Virus record (IMG/VR): IMGVR_UViG_3300032213_002933
Direction: 5' to 3' (one strand)
DNA length: 64,000 nucleotides
Source: an uncultured virus (IMG/VR IMGVR_UViG_3300032213_002933)
Taxonomy: Duplodnaviria; Heunggongvirae; Uroviricota; Caudoviricetes
A program made the position numbers and the translations under genes. Positions 12,701 through 20,287 of this stretch are shown here, one piece after another (position 1 is the first letter of the stretch; every line of letters starts with the position of its first letter). Under the pieces are notes generated by a model. It did not search any database. It saw only the letters and a program-made list of their open reading frames with translations, and was not told the DNA's origin.

Positions 12701-14986
12701 TGACTCCAAGGACATTGACCTAACTCCATCCAGATCCTTTATTAGAGGACTGTTGACGCTGCGTTCTATTCCGAATGAGTTAAGAAGTTTATCCCAGAGT
12801 CCAGACGCTGTATCGTTTAGTATTTTTTCTTGCTCACTTCTAAACGAAGTATTATCGGGTAGGAATATTTTTGTTTGAACTTCAGCTGGAGTAAATAGAG
12901 TTATATTACTTCCATCTCTCCACTGAGAAATAATATTAGTAGATAGAACGTCATTTTCAAAAGAGTTCAGATATGTAAGTTTTACATCTTCTGGGAGTAC
13001 ATTTATATCAAAAACTTCAGACTGAGCTTCAAGCCCTGCAGCTGTCAATGCCCCTTGATCTACTACAGTATCCATAGTTTTGTTATCAGAAGTTTTAATT
13101 AAGAAACTTTCATTGACATACCTGTGCATTTCTCCGGCTGCTTTACCCATGTACTGACGATACTTGCCCCAATGTATTGCCTGGTTAAAATCTTTTAGCA
13201 TTGGTAGGAATGGCTTATGATTAAAGTGGACCATTTCTAAATCGATAACAAGAGCAAATGGATAATTTGGAGCTGTTGCAATGGACATATTTGAAAGCCC
13301 AACAGCGGTAATACCGTGTACCGAATTAAGGTAATCATTTTTAATTGGTAAGATCGGAGAATACTTAAACGCAGCTACAAGACCTCTGAGCGATGATAGA
13401 AATTTGTCTATTTTTTCTTCGTCATCTCCGCCATTTTTAAAATCAATCTTAAAGGTTTCATCTAGGTTTAATGTCGCGGCATCAGAGATTGACAGGCCCC
13501 ATATCTCTTCATAGTTAGGAAAGAATAATCTCATAGAGATAGTGGTTTCCTTATAGCCTGCATTAAATTTAGGTGTGTTTTTTTGCCTGATTGCTCCACC
13601 TGTTAGTGATCCTGTTTTGAAATTAGAATTTACGCTAATTGAAATTGGAGGAACATAGAAGTTAGCAGCGCCAAGTCTAAGGTGGAATATGTCTGGTTTT
13701 CTGGGTGGAATGTTTTCTCTAAATGGGAAATCTACAAGCGCTTGCTTAATGCGCTTCGCAGTGCTGTCCACCTTAAAGGCTAGGGTAAATATTGCTTCGC
13801 CACCTTTAGTGACTCCAAAAGCTTTTTCCAGTGAATCCATTGCGTCAGCTTCATTGTTCAGAGTGTCTTCTGCTCCACCACCCTTACCATTATTTGAGTA
13901 ATCACCCACCGCAGCTAGTGCATCGAATACGAATGTAACTAAACTTGGAAAATAAAAGTTTATTATAGAAAATGATATTGGATCTTTTTGAAGATTATAA
14001 ACTACTTCACTTAATATTGTTAGCCATGGCGTATCTATTTCAGGACTAGTATATTCATCCATTGACTTTTTGGCTGTTGCAACGCTCTGCAGTCTTTTCT
14101 TTGCAAAGTTGCTAATTTCATAAGCAAATGAGGCTAGCTGTAAAATCCCGCTTGATTCTAACCTGGCGTAGATAGACTTAGAAGTTCCACTATCTAATTC
14201 TATCGGACCAGAGGCGCCTAGTCCAAAAATTCTACTGGTTGTGCTTATTGTTTTTTCGTCAGCCTCAAACTCGGAGCCTCTGTTTGTGGAGAAGTATTTT
14301 TTTATTACTCCATTAACATCGTTAGATTCATTTACTGGATCACTCCCGTATACATTACGTAAAAATATTCTAAAGTCTGTTAAGTAATCCTTGGTAACTT
14401 CATCTTCTGACTTATTATCTTCTAGCTCTTTATCTTTTTCTGTTGTATTAATTTTTTCATTTGTTTCAATTATTACTAGGTCTTCATCGGTTATTCCGTC
14501 TTCGCCTATGTAACTTTTCCAGATATTAAGCCTGTCAATAATGATTGACCTAGCTGTTTCAAGTGTAATTTTCTTTGCACTATAGTTAGGTAGGTAAGCG
14601 TTAAAAAACCAACTTAATGCCTCTTCTGCTTTTGGAACATTTATGGTGACATATCCAAAATTAACTGCCCATGTCTGAAATGTTTCAGTTACAAATAATG
14701 TATTTAAATCTTTATCTAAAATTTCGCAGTTTGCTAAACGAAGTATTGACAAATAGGCGTATTGGTCGCCTATGTTTTTAAAGTCATCACCACTTGCATA
14801 AATAAGGGCTTTTCCACCTTGATTATTATCATAACCAACTATATCCGGGTAAGATCCTGGTAGAAATAAGAAAGTATACATTTCGCTTTCACTGAAAGCA
14901 GTAACATCTTCAATTATTGAATTAATACGATTTTCATCTTCAGATAGATACTTTAAGAGATCTTTTGCTATTGGATTAATTGCCAT
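3740..14986 (-). CDS. giant baseplate hub protein (gp27/GpD-like) with internal DPBB-like domain and C-terminal staphylococcal nuclease domain
   Basis: 3748 aa; LKPGVRLHLRGGYG...LFNGVITNV...VTITAQS and GELTLVGNPDIRPHDLVYL...FEVEQVVHHF are hub-like; KDGDTF...VRFDGMDTGE is SNase-like. Confidence 0.7.
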   Translation of the reverse strand: MAINPIAKDLLKYLSEDENRINSIIEDVTAFSESEMYTFLFLPGSYPDIVGYDNNQGGKALIYASGDDFKNIGDQYAYLSILRLANCEILDKDLNTLFVTETFQTWAVNFGYVTINVPKAEEALSWFFNAYLPNYSAKKITLETARSIIIDRLNIWKSYIGEDGITDEDLVIIETNEKINTTEKDKELEDNKSEDEVTKDYLTDFRIFLRNVYGSDPVNESNDVNGVIKKYFSTNRGSEFEADEKTISTTSRIFGLGASGPIELDSGTSKSIYARLESSGILQLASFAYEISNFAKKRLQSVATAKKSMDEYTSPEIDTPWLTILSEVVYNLQKDPISFSIINFYFPSLVTFVFDALAAVGDYSNNGKGGGAEDTLNNEADAMDSLEKAFGVTKGGEAIFTLAFKVDSTAKRIKQALVDFPFRENIPPRKPDIFHLRLGAANFYVPPISISVNSNFKTGSLTGGAIRQKNTPKFNAGYKETTISMRLFFPNYEEIWGLSISDAATLNLDETFKIDFKNGGDDEEKIDKFLSSLRGLVAAFKYSPILPIKNDYLNSVHGITAVGLSNMSIATAPNYPFALVIDLEMVHFNHKPFLPMLKDFNQAIHWGKYRQYMGKAAGEMHRYVNESFLIKTSDNKTMDTVVDQGALTAAGLEAQSEVFDINVLPEDVKLTYLNSFENDVLSTNIISQWRDGSNITLFTPAEVQTKIFLPDNTSFRSEQEKILNDTASGLWDKLLNSFGIERSVNSPLIKDLDGVRSMSLESTPKGMRTFLTQAIDVLTAGISTTDTKKKIYLYLAKSFVAENATRLDEEQKKWLTDYLGPEERVLVAGYFYQYSSTEESYYLNGVLTSDKSLNEIKYRFDERADNSGEILDILIDEEIARQTKSTGIEPDREKVKQQVTEAFQVNMYERFFTDGFVKNMMEATRLKDGDYHFNEWEVPMNRVDLDPKNAIVNGVSVSMGNNLAKLQIQMQDEPSYQYIGGKDSYINVSMTVFGEKELLKIRSVFDHVNGLARLEHSTGVIGFLGIKNIITALSGIKYVLPLNYKVDTIPNYPHVYSVQLSLVDFDIFQQQREKISSKQQKDLIEHFGTKRNPFLRMKQLWGSFNAYPDLPLGVKDKNGDIVGNLDPDFYFRSFEMFDRDIINNNTTQVDLTKAFTFDSTDKWASNTDGPGGADAIERKIESVKNRIKDFMRRYSFTDAANAAAAESRRQTNQDLINEMIDYVNESGISIHNFVALFQESILGANNETAKDYALLTDYIFLASQSSEGSQLFEEFNGAPFVIGNVGITSSQTEDIIAQVLASSHLAEEEFVSFDPDEVDFHKIINLLPLTNPEEQSASEIPAIMYSALGTHFGYINKDTGRFYLTIEGANVKIEDGAKKLESNYVKDMQTPDTGCTNSLTGISGAQPLSAYQKAYDGSFNNHMEKMLNDVQYRDISGRMIRAFPTYMLWLIDEGGMFAGVKLFDNFYGLQSVIDFSVVSSEDLLGDTLILRVSNMYSKLTTRPSTDIFNAGNDDFNNDPLTPVDGISAILDRTLNIAKNIISGMRNDYVVDINNIRLKPGVRLHLRGGYGSNPNSLQTLFNGVITNVEEGEIVTITAQSDAIELGAVVNSTNKKGDSGKIDGGVDTGMYLSEPRDLMVRLLSMGASRVREAIARATLGTVFSENRFGIRHFGTILYEPLNEVERQRADGLRNVVTNAYANAGQGDIGGAANAATFKLSTNVFTRNPVSTFFGDGKIMTSMGQLMSNFSSEVDLELYKRNIYPGNGTGFAQFLGGDLDDGWLTAASLVEGDGKTLAGQAYLENGTDRSWNRVIVEAQNGSVSASATIDSYVEGNKLISAEGRAGVVKNVLLGGLTAGIAAIPGVNVIAGIAGGGALMGLLRGRGGNNVFRTMGIIAPNADDDLSGFDEVSFRAQTYMRTVWDLFQMCARLLPNYIVAVRPFEDRSTIFYGKPHWLYTSGVVPVTTGFPSVRKANELNLPGYPKDRSPDEDIQTIMNNVNKQSNSLADYEAFKRSEELSDVMAGLAIDQASSTGEYAPTKSLTGKLLNFNSNLAKIRTTKDTDGNEIIISKLPVSSGKVKMGFHLPVSTNDATYAPLTPSYDHRQLDNLPVRFKYPFYTISETTVLDKKSYEIRDGGLLSGFTEVLSAKNEIDTNDLDDFDKTLFNQKNVMDRYNQAIKSSEYTEGGATLAVNLIYFLQLESRFLQETEITIRPSSGILELDRPLGFTSLMDSIGSSGVEFLNLDQTTVARMPLPSVSSLQKENYPLVGFEMINSTTAQTGENSDDFSFEYELNQQITYEEWGCPATAAEEQFYIAMKWPYSPTTSDGPIPDASLSKFKDIYFPNEDLYGTASDYKKRRVLVFSPLTGRAVVCAPAYFMWGEDNDEEVAAVVSPDAAWYLGTFVSQFNEGANLIGELSESLPAWANLQSYDSNTLDMTIANSTYAQLEKASGLSTFPRDVDCLFAFVPDGTPLGVVAAAAAPAKRFYDTTDANAYIIGFGEYAINDNGDSNKFIASKSALIPEDLGDSKGTSAAAGRRNNSLEEYSAENAKITAINYEYGGNILQSGDDPSYFQAILDKDYDALDKGKLYERLDKESYDTGDRDTGGQRVGFAAVYSPMDSTSVEARSFYDENFDPNVSVIAGNGRTLNQASDIWDQFRFGYHTYESVKAIFTKTYGMDADSTDPFPEEFSRILGANNVTSFQNFSESDIKIPGLSATEGTGVDELAILLGSDFFNSETEYGSNYGSTKSTPQDKIEAVEFIRKNYIDYQSKGVQGDAGIIQYFNSVISRSLDGIRSNFFETQVINNALSISIENKDNPETAINLSEAVKTPKQLFLLMVGLFRQKLWSSGYGRAWLVLKPDRKRGAITAGGGGKDGQWSFKPVDKVFEAFINPYSQYAKDNSKFLKLLVSTKGEGSNSSTFIGGIDEDISDFYNANIGPILGAIGDGLSSLLGMFKLSMMQMGYALSEVGNFSKQAHILNKVLNDSIYYSLGRPGTLLRAVDNPFTREYGEPVVEVRQPFQRIHYLSSFSHIISNQIQENLNNVSTVITAVSDGKNPVTVALDKGAPSERQTETTVETGLYYDNMVGSGFLGVLHPFMHPLETFRGYAKTLQGTPDELSARRVALSHLKESIKDIYGGELTLVGNPDIRPHDLVYLSDVYSRMYGIFEVEQVVHHFTSEMGYITSITPNALVTVNDPSRWFMSTWLHSWLSMQNLRNDTRFYMDNIMASNSGINMGGNISVDALADSLSTQMIGGIQYTHGSSALMKDIMANQTALSLPDKAADEIEKAGQGKVPGADTVIAVVGASLTRAIPIVGQLAWKGWTWLRDNVLDQHGCYVQYLNKNGQPMDAGLSYNQGMVVGRYHTKALLPGILGTKTKVKTPEGYAFIRSDDLLKSLGWQETEIKDLVRYTDYENALTHARVLSLSGLGPEKTSLQTSLFKVIATVTNFKDGDTFDVEDVISGATFTVRFDGMDTGETNTTRVGTLPSQPGGDVNYPFGNTTTLTSTSTPGGRAKIYTQSKLSNKVFVLRLKVSNSSSNEVIFEAQFEPGATENTFANYTKDSFMGDEGTRAMATVWYYQPESVINQAKDFVRSCFATNRGKVIEVGDLSNPVTQKFFTSIYEESPLNVKRSKIIDKINTLDIQYTPPLDLSIQSVADYGLTEEDFTRFYNNLVCFKVLEATYEKVNEWPTIFWDEYYEDGYPATLNWELVVNNLAKVYTKQLQIESQSVISAEESALIPRQVTLNPGT

Positions 14987-14995
14987 AGTACTTTC

Positions 14996-15445
14996 CTATT
15001 TAAACATCATATTATTGCGAACAACAGTTCTAAGTCTATCACTTGAAGAATCTTTCATTGTAACAGAAGTATAGTTATTCATTATACTAGACTTTGTTTC
15101 TCTTTTGAAGGAATCTAAGGTAAAATTTTGCTTTTTTGTTTGCAGGTCCTTGTTGTACCTGGCTTGCTGGTGTCTTTTGCCACTGTATCCACTGCCATTC
15201 ATCTGAAGACGCGTAGTTGGGGCGTCATCTAAGCCCTCTTTAGAATATTTAACTTTATCAGATTTTCCTGATGCCTGTATCTTTTGGCGTGATTCGCCTA
15301 CAACATTTTGGGTTGGGCTTTTACTAGAAGCTATTTTTGCTGCATATTTGTTTGCTGTTAAGGATCTATGGGATGTGTCTTTGGGCTGTTTAGCAGCAGC
15401 GCTGAGTGCTTTATTTTGGTCCTTGACATTTAAAATCATATACAT
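14996..15445 (-). CDS. small basic low-complexity protein, unknown function
   Basis: 149 aa, K/R/S/Q-rich, fits the operon without gaps. Confidence 0.6.
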   Translation of the reverse strand: MYMILNVKDQNKALSAAAKQPKDTSHRSLTANKYAAKIASSKSPTQNVVGESRQKIQASGKSDKVKYSKEGLDDAPTTRLQMNGSGYSGKRHQQARYNKDLQTKKQNFTLDSFKRETKSSIMNNYTSVTMKDSSSDRLRTVVRNNMMFK

Positions 15446-15451
15446 TTAACC

Positions 15452-18400
15452 TTAATAAGATCGGGCCATCGATTGATATGGGTCTCTTGCCACATCCGGG
15501 ATTCTATTATACATAGTACTGTTAATATTGCCATTAGTAAGTCCTGATGCTGCTGTGCTGAACTTTTGTATTTGATCTCTATCTCCGAACAGGGACACTT
15601 TATAGTTCATGCCAGCAGTGTAGCCTTGACCTCTGGCCTGAGGAATCTCTGGTGACCTTTTTGGGTAGTCGGATTCATAGGCAGATCCTCCTGGCAATAG
15701 CGGTGGACCAGAAATATCTTCTTGGGTATGATCTTTCCTGCTTTGATATAAAAAGCTTGCTGCTATAGCCAACCCAGCTCCTATTGCTGCATTGCGGACA
15801 TTGGACTTACCAAACTGTTCTGCCAGATATTGTTTATTAATTCTTTTGTAGGCTGTTGCTGATGAGGAGGATTCACCACTGCCTGACAAGTCTCTAAGTG
15901 TGTCAGCGACTATGCTAGAGGTTTGATCTGTAATATCGTCTGCGTTCCGAAGAATATTACTTGAAGCTAAATCTCCATTTAAAAAGGCTGCAGCTTCTTT
16001 GTCTGCCTGTGCATTTAATTCGAACATAGTTTTACTTTTTAGTGCGTTAGCTATTTTTTGCTCTTCCATACTAGCTGGCACCTCGGGGGCTTGACCTTTT
16101 ATCAGTGATGAAATCACGGAAGATTTGTTGTTTGTTCCAAAGAAATCCTCTGCAAAATTCAGATCTAGTCCATCCTCTACAATGCCAGCCTTTTGAGCAT
16201 CGGACATGCCGCCAAAAATGTTATCAATATATTGCCTTAATTCAACATTCCTAGTTTCTTTTTCATATATAGCTTTTTGTTGTGACATTTGCATATATCT
16301 TCGGAAAAGATTAGCACTTGTTCCATCTGGCCTCATGGATGAGTCTGGGAGTTTTGTGAAAAAATCTATGTCTATATTCTTTTTTATTCCACTATATTGA
16401 AGGGCGTTAGTCATCTCATACCCGGATATGCCCATTGACCTTTGTACGTCCTGCATCCCTTCTAAGAGCTTATCTCCTAGTTGCATTTTGCTTATTTCCA
16501 TTTCTATCTTTGCCATTTCCCCTCCCCCGTCGCTATCTATTGTTCGACCTAAGTCTTGTATTGACTTTATTAAGGATGCATTTTCATCTAATATTTTTTC
16601 TGAAGCAACCTGAGAGCGTTGTGTAATCCTAGAGGCTAATTCTTGCTCTCTAGATATTTGTGAATTTGCACTTAATCTTGTCTTAGCCTTGAGGTAATAG
16701 TCAGAAGTATTGGCTATGTCTACCATCTCTGAGATAGATCCCTTACCTATAAATCCCCTAGCTCTTAAAACTTGTTCTACTTTTTCATATTGATTAGATT
16801 GTGCGGCTGCGCTGATGTCGGCTATGTCTGCATCGGGATCTGCCAATGCCATTCCTTCTGATAAGCTTTTAGCAAAAGTGACAAGATCAGTTTCACTCAT
16901 CTTTCCACTAGTTAAAAGAGCTTCATCTAATACGAGTTTCTTCTCTGTTATTGGGTCAGCAAGGTCGTATTTTTGCTTTGCGTAGCCAAACATTTTTCCA
17001 TACTGTTCAATTGTAGCATTGCCTAGCTTACCTAGGTCGGCATCTTCTCCATATATCGCCTTGAGCATCCGGTCAGCCTGCAGGGGGTCCATGCTTCCAG
17101 CCTGTGCCATTTGTTGCATGAGTTGCCTACTAGAAGAAATACTTGCTGTAACAATCTTCATCTTGCCGGAAGTAAGAGTTTGAGTCATGTCAATGACCTT
17201 TTCAGCGGTAGGGAAACCTAGCAGCAATCCCTTATCCATAAATTCTTGTTCTATGCCGGGAATTGCGCCTAGTATTCCCTCCATTTGCCTAAGGCCATGG
17301 CCAACTACGGTTGACCTATTGGAATATTGTCCAAGTATATTTGTATTTGACATTGCCGAATCAATGCTCTCACTGACAAAAGTTTTACCATATAAAACGG
17401 CTTTTTGCTCTGGGCTAAGTCCCAAGTTTTCAATTTCATTGTAAAATTTTTTAGACAAATTACTTATTGCTTTTCTGCTATTGTTTAAATCGTTATCATC
17501 TAAATCTATTCCAGCTATCGAAAGATTTTTTCTTTGCGTTTCTAGTTCTTTTACAATTTCACCTAATCCTGCCTTTTTCCTCGCATCTACTGTGTCATCT
17601 AAATTTGAGAATATACCAGCTTCAAGGGGCATTTCTGCAATTTCTGTTTTTAGCATTTTAAATCCGAGCGACATTAACTCTGGATCTTCATTTCCTAGCG
17701 CAATTAATTTTGTTGCAGAAAAGTTTTCTATTGTGTTTTTGCCAGATTTTAATACTCCTAGTTTTTCAAAAAAGTTTCTATTGTAATCTCGCATTCCAGT
17801 TCCAGTAATTCTTTTACCTGCATCATCAAATTTAGCGCCACTCACCCTGTCATTAACATCGATTGTTAGTTGCTCTAACATGCCCATTGTGTTCGGATTG
17901 AAAAGATCGTCTGACATTCCGGTTTCATAAAGAGCGCTGAATAAAACTTTATACTTAGAATCTTCTTCAGCCATCTTACTTAAAGTATCCTTAAAGAATC
18001 TATTCTTACCAAATACTTCACGATAGCTTTCTATATCATCAAATCTAGTAAGACCAATAATTTCACCCATGGCGGTAGGTTGGCGAACCATAGCAGCGGC
18101 TAGTCTGCGCTTACCTTGTGACATATATGTGCCAAGTATGGGTAATCCCTTGTCGTCTAAGTCGAAACCACCAAGTGCATTATAGAACTTCCTAATGTCC
18201 CCTTCATGAAAAAGAATATTATGATTAGAAACTCTGATGTGTGCAATCTCTGCGGAAATTTCATCACCAGCTTCACCTATTTTTACTGAAATTGGGTTTC
18301 CTGATAATATTTTTCTTCCAGTAGTTCCAGTCATTGCGTTTGCTTCAGAGTTAAGAGCAAATCTATAAACGTCACCAACGACTGGAAGCTTCTGTCCATT

Positions 18401-20287
18401 CTTGGTTTTGTACAAATCAGATTGATACCATTTAGATAATAGATTCATATATTCTGGAGAATCATTAATACTTATGCCGCTATTGTGGAGGTCTAAAATT
18501 CTTTGCTGGAAGTCTCTACTCATCATTTTTGAGAACTGCTGGTGTTCCATAAAGTCATCAATGTCTAGCTCTGCACCTTTTCTAATTGCTCTTAGGACTT
18601 CACTATCTTCCTTTAAACGCCCGCTAGACAATACTGCCTGGAATTCATCCAGTACATTTTTTGAATGAGCTTTGGCTATTGCTATATCTTCATTGCTTCC
18701 AAAGACTGCGTTTTGAAAAGCTGCTAACATTGGATCGGTATACACTCTAGAGGTAGCTTCGGCTAGTCCGCTGAAATTTACGATTGGAGTTCCAGCTGCT
18801 ATTCCTGTCTCTTTTTTTAGTCCACTGATTGCAGTAATGATTCCATATTTATCAAATCTATCTGAAAACTTTTTAAATTGAGCGGCTGTTTTATAGGAAT
18901 AATCTATTCCTCCAATTCGCACAGAACCTCTAACTGAACCCTGCGACAATCCTATAGCTTCTCCGTCTTTACCTATGTTTATCTCAGCTATCTGCCTTCT
19001 CAACTCAACCTTACGAATCATTGATTGTTCGTCTCTGTTTTGTGTAAGACCTAATAATTCCTCTTCTAGGTTTTCCCTTAATCTTTTTGCGTACTTTACG
19101 TTCACTAGTGACGATCCATCTCGACCTTTTTCTAGTTCACTAAAGAGACCTTTGAGAACATTTTGAGTGTCCTCATCTGATTCATTTTTTAGTAAATTTT
19201 TTACTTGCTCGATACCATATCTTCCCTCTGCAGCGTCTATGTCTCCAGTTCTAATGGCTTCGCTTATCAGATTCCTCAGTGAACTTTTTATTTCGGCAGA
19301 TTTTGAACCAAGTTTTTTTGCTGCAATTATTTCATCTAACACTTCATCAACATATTTATTTGCTTCTTGACGTGCTGTTCGGCCGCCTTCGTATTCAAAG
19401 GATTCCCTTACATATGCTGCCACATCTTTTTGCTTAACTGATTTTCCTAATGATGTATCTCTACCAAAAGCTAGTGCCATTGTTTCGAACACATTATCAA
19501 TATTGAGTGTTGCTTCAGATAACTGTTTCATTATCTGTTCAGAGCCAGCACCGGTAGGATTAAGGGGGATCTTAGGTCCCAGGAAGGATTGCATAAGATC
19601 ATCGGATATGGATATTTCTCTTGGAGAAAGAACACCTTTTAATCTTTTTGGAAGCTTTGCAAATAATTTAGATAACCCTGCATTCCCGCCTTTTATTGCT
19701 TCATCTAATTCCCCTGGAGTGAATAAAGGTTTTCCACTTTTTGACATTGTCTCAAGTGTTTCTTGCATAGATAGGACTCGATCACCTTGCCTAAGATTAA
19801 GGGCCATTGCTCCATCATCGGTGGGGAAAACTAATCCAGTTCCCTGTTCTTTCATTTTTTCCAAGAAAGCTGGAATACTTTGAGATCCGATTTTTGCTTT
19901 ATGGATTACAATTTGAGCACCGTATTGCTGATCTCCAGTAAAGCCGAATTTTTTATTGATATCTTTTAATACTTGGGCATAGTCTCTATATTCTGCGGGG
20001 CCAAGGGATCCTGGCGCAATATCCGCAAGTTCGGTCATTCCAAAACCAGATAAATATTGCACTGCTTTTTCTAGTGAGTCAGTTACCATTTGTGCTGATT
20101 CTCCCCGATTCAATCTTAGGGAGTCAACATAGGTTGATTTAAATTGTAGTTTTCCGTCAACCTCTATGGGCTCTATTAAACCCTTTTGGCCAAGGTACGT
20201 TTTACTTAAGGCTTGTTTAGCTAAAAGTATTTGCCTATCCATCGGCATAGGAGATAAGTAGGATGTAATTAGGTCACTTAAGGGCAT
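15452..20287 (-). CDS. large tail-module protein; candidate divergent single-subunit two-barrel RNA polymerase with C-terminal hydrophobic helix
   Basis: ordered motifs DG(390), RIGG..YK(466), SGLKKE(491), GGFDLDD(706-712), RQPT..GE(735), LGQYSN(985), ID(1033); AAIGAGLAIAASFLY near the C-terminus. Confidence 0.55.
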   Translation of the reverse strand: MPLSDLITSYLSPMPMDRQILLAKQALSKTYLGQKGLIEPIEVDGKLQFKSTYVDSLRLNRGESAQMVTDSLEKAVQYLSGFGMTELADIAPGSLGPAEYRDYAQVLKDINKKFGFTGDQQYGAQIVIHKAKIGSQSIPAFLEKMKEQGTGLVFPTDDGAMALNLRQGDRVLSMQETLETMSKSGKPLFTPGELDEAIKGGNAGLSKLFAKLPKRLKGVLSPREISISDDLMQSFLGPKIPLNPTGAGSEQIMKQLSEATLNIDNVFETMALAFGRDTSLGKSVKQKDVAAYVRESFEYEGGRTARQEANKYVDEVLDEIIAAKKLGSKSAEIKSSLRNLISEAIRTGDIDAAEGRYGIEQVKNLLKNESDEDTQNVLKGLFSELEKGRDGSSLVNVKYAKRLRENLEEELLGLTQNRDEQSMIRKVELRRQIAEINIGKDGEAIGLSQGSVRGSVRIGGIDYSYKTAAQFKKFSDRFDKYGIITAISGLKKETGIAAGTPIVNFSGLAEATSRVYTDPMLAAFQNAVFGSNEDIAIAKAHSKNVLDEFQAVLSSGRLKEDSEVLRAIRKGAELDIDDFMEHQQFSKMMSRDFQQRILDLHNSGISINDSPEYMNLLSKWYQSDLYKTKNGQKLPVVGDVYRFALNSEANAMTGTTGRKILSGNPISVKIGEAGDEISAEIAHIRVSNHNILFHEGDIRKFYNALGGFDLDDKGLPILGTYMSQGKRRLAAAMVRQPTAMGEIIGLTRFDDIESYREVFGKNRFFKDTLSKMAEEDSKYKVLFSALYETGMSDDLFNPNTMGMLEQLTIDVNDRVSGAKFDDAGKRITGTGMRDYNRNFFEKLGVLKSGKNTIENFSATKLIALGNEDPELMSLGFKMLKTEIAEMPLEAGIFSNLDDTVDARKKAGLGEIVKELETQRKNLSIAGIDLDDNDLNNSRKAISNLSKKFYNEIENLGLSPEQKAVLYGKTFVSESIDSAMSNTNILGQYSNRSTVVGHGLRQMEGILGAIPGIEQEFMDKGLLLGFPTAEKVIDMTQTLTSGKMKIVTASISSSRQLMQQMAQAGSMDPLQADRMLKAIYGEDADLGKLGNATIEQYGKMFGYAKQKYDLADPITEKKLVLDEALLTSGKMSETDLVTFAKSLSEGMALADPDADIADISAAAQSNQYEKVEQVLRARGFIGKGSISEMVDIANTSDYYLKAKTRLSANSQISREQELASRITQRSQVASEKILDENASLIKSIQDLGRTIDSDGGGEMAKIEMEISKMQLGDKLLEGMQDVQRSMGISGYEMTNALQYSGIKKNIDIDFFTKLPDSSMRPDGTSANLFRRYMQMSQQKAIYEKETRNVELRQYIDNIFGGMSDAQKAGIVEDGLDLNFAEDFFGTNNKSSVISSLIKGQAPEVPASMEEQKIANALKSKTMFELNAQADKEAAAFLNGDLASSNILRNADDITDQTSSIVADTLRDLSGSGESSSSATAYKRINKQYLAEQFGKSNVRNAAIGAGLAIAASFLYQSRKDHTQEDISGPPLLPGGSAYESDYPKRSPEIPQARGQGYTAGMNYKVSLFGDRDQIQKFSTAASGLTNGNINSTMYNRIPDVARDPYQSMARSY

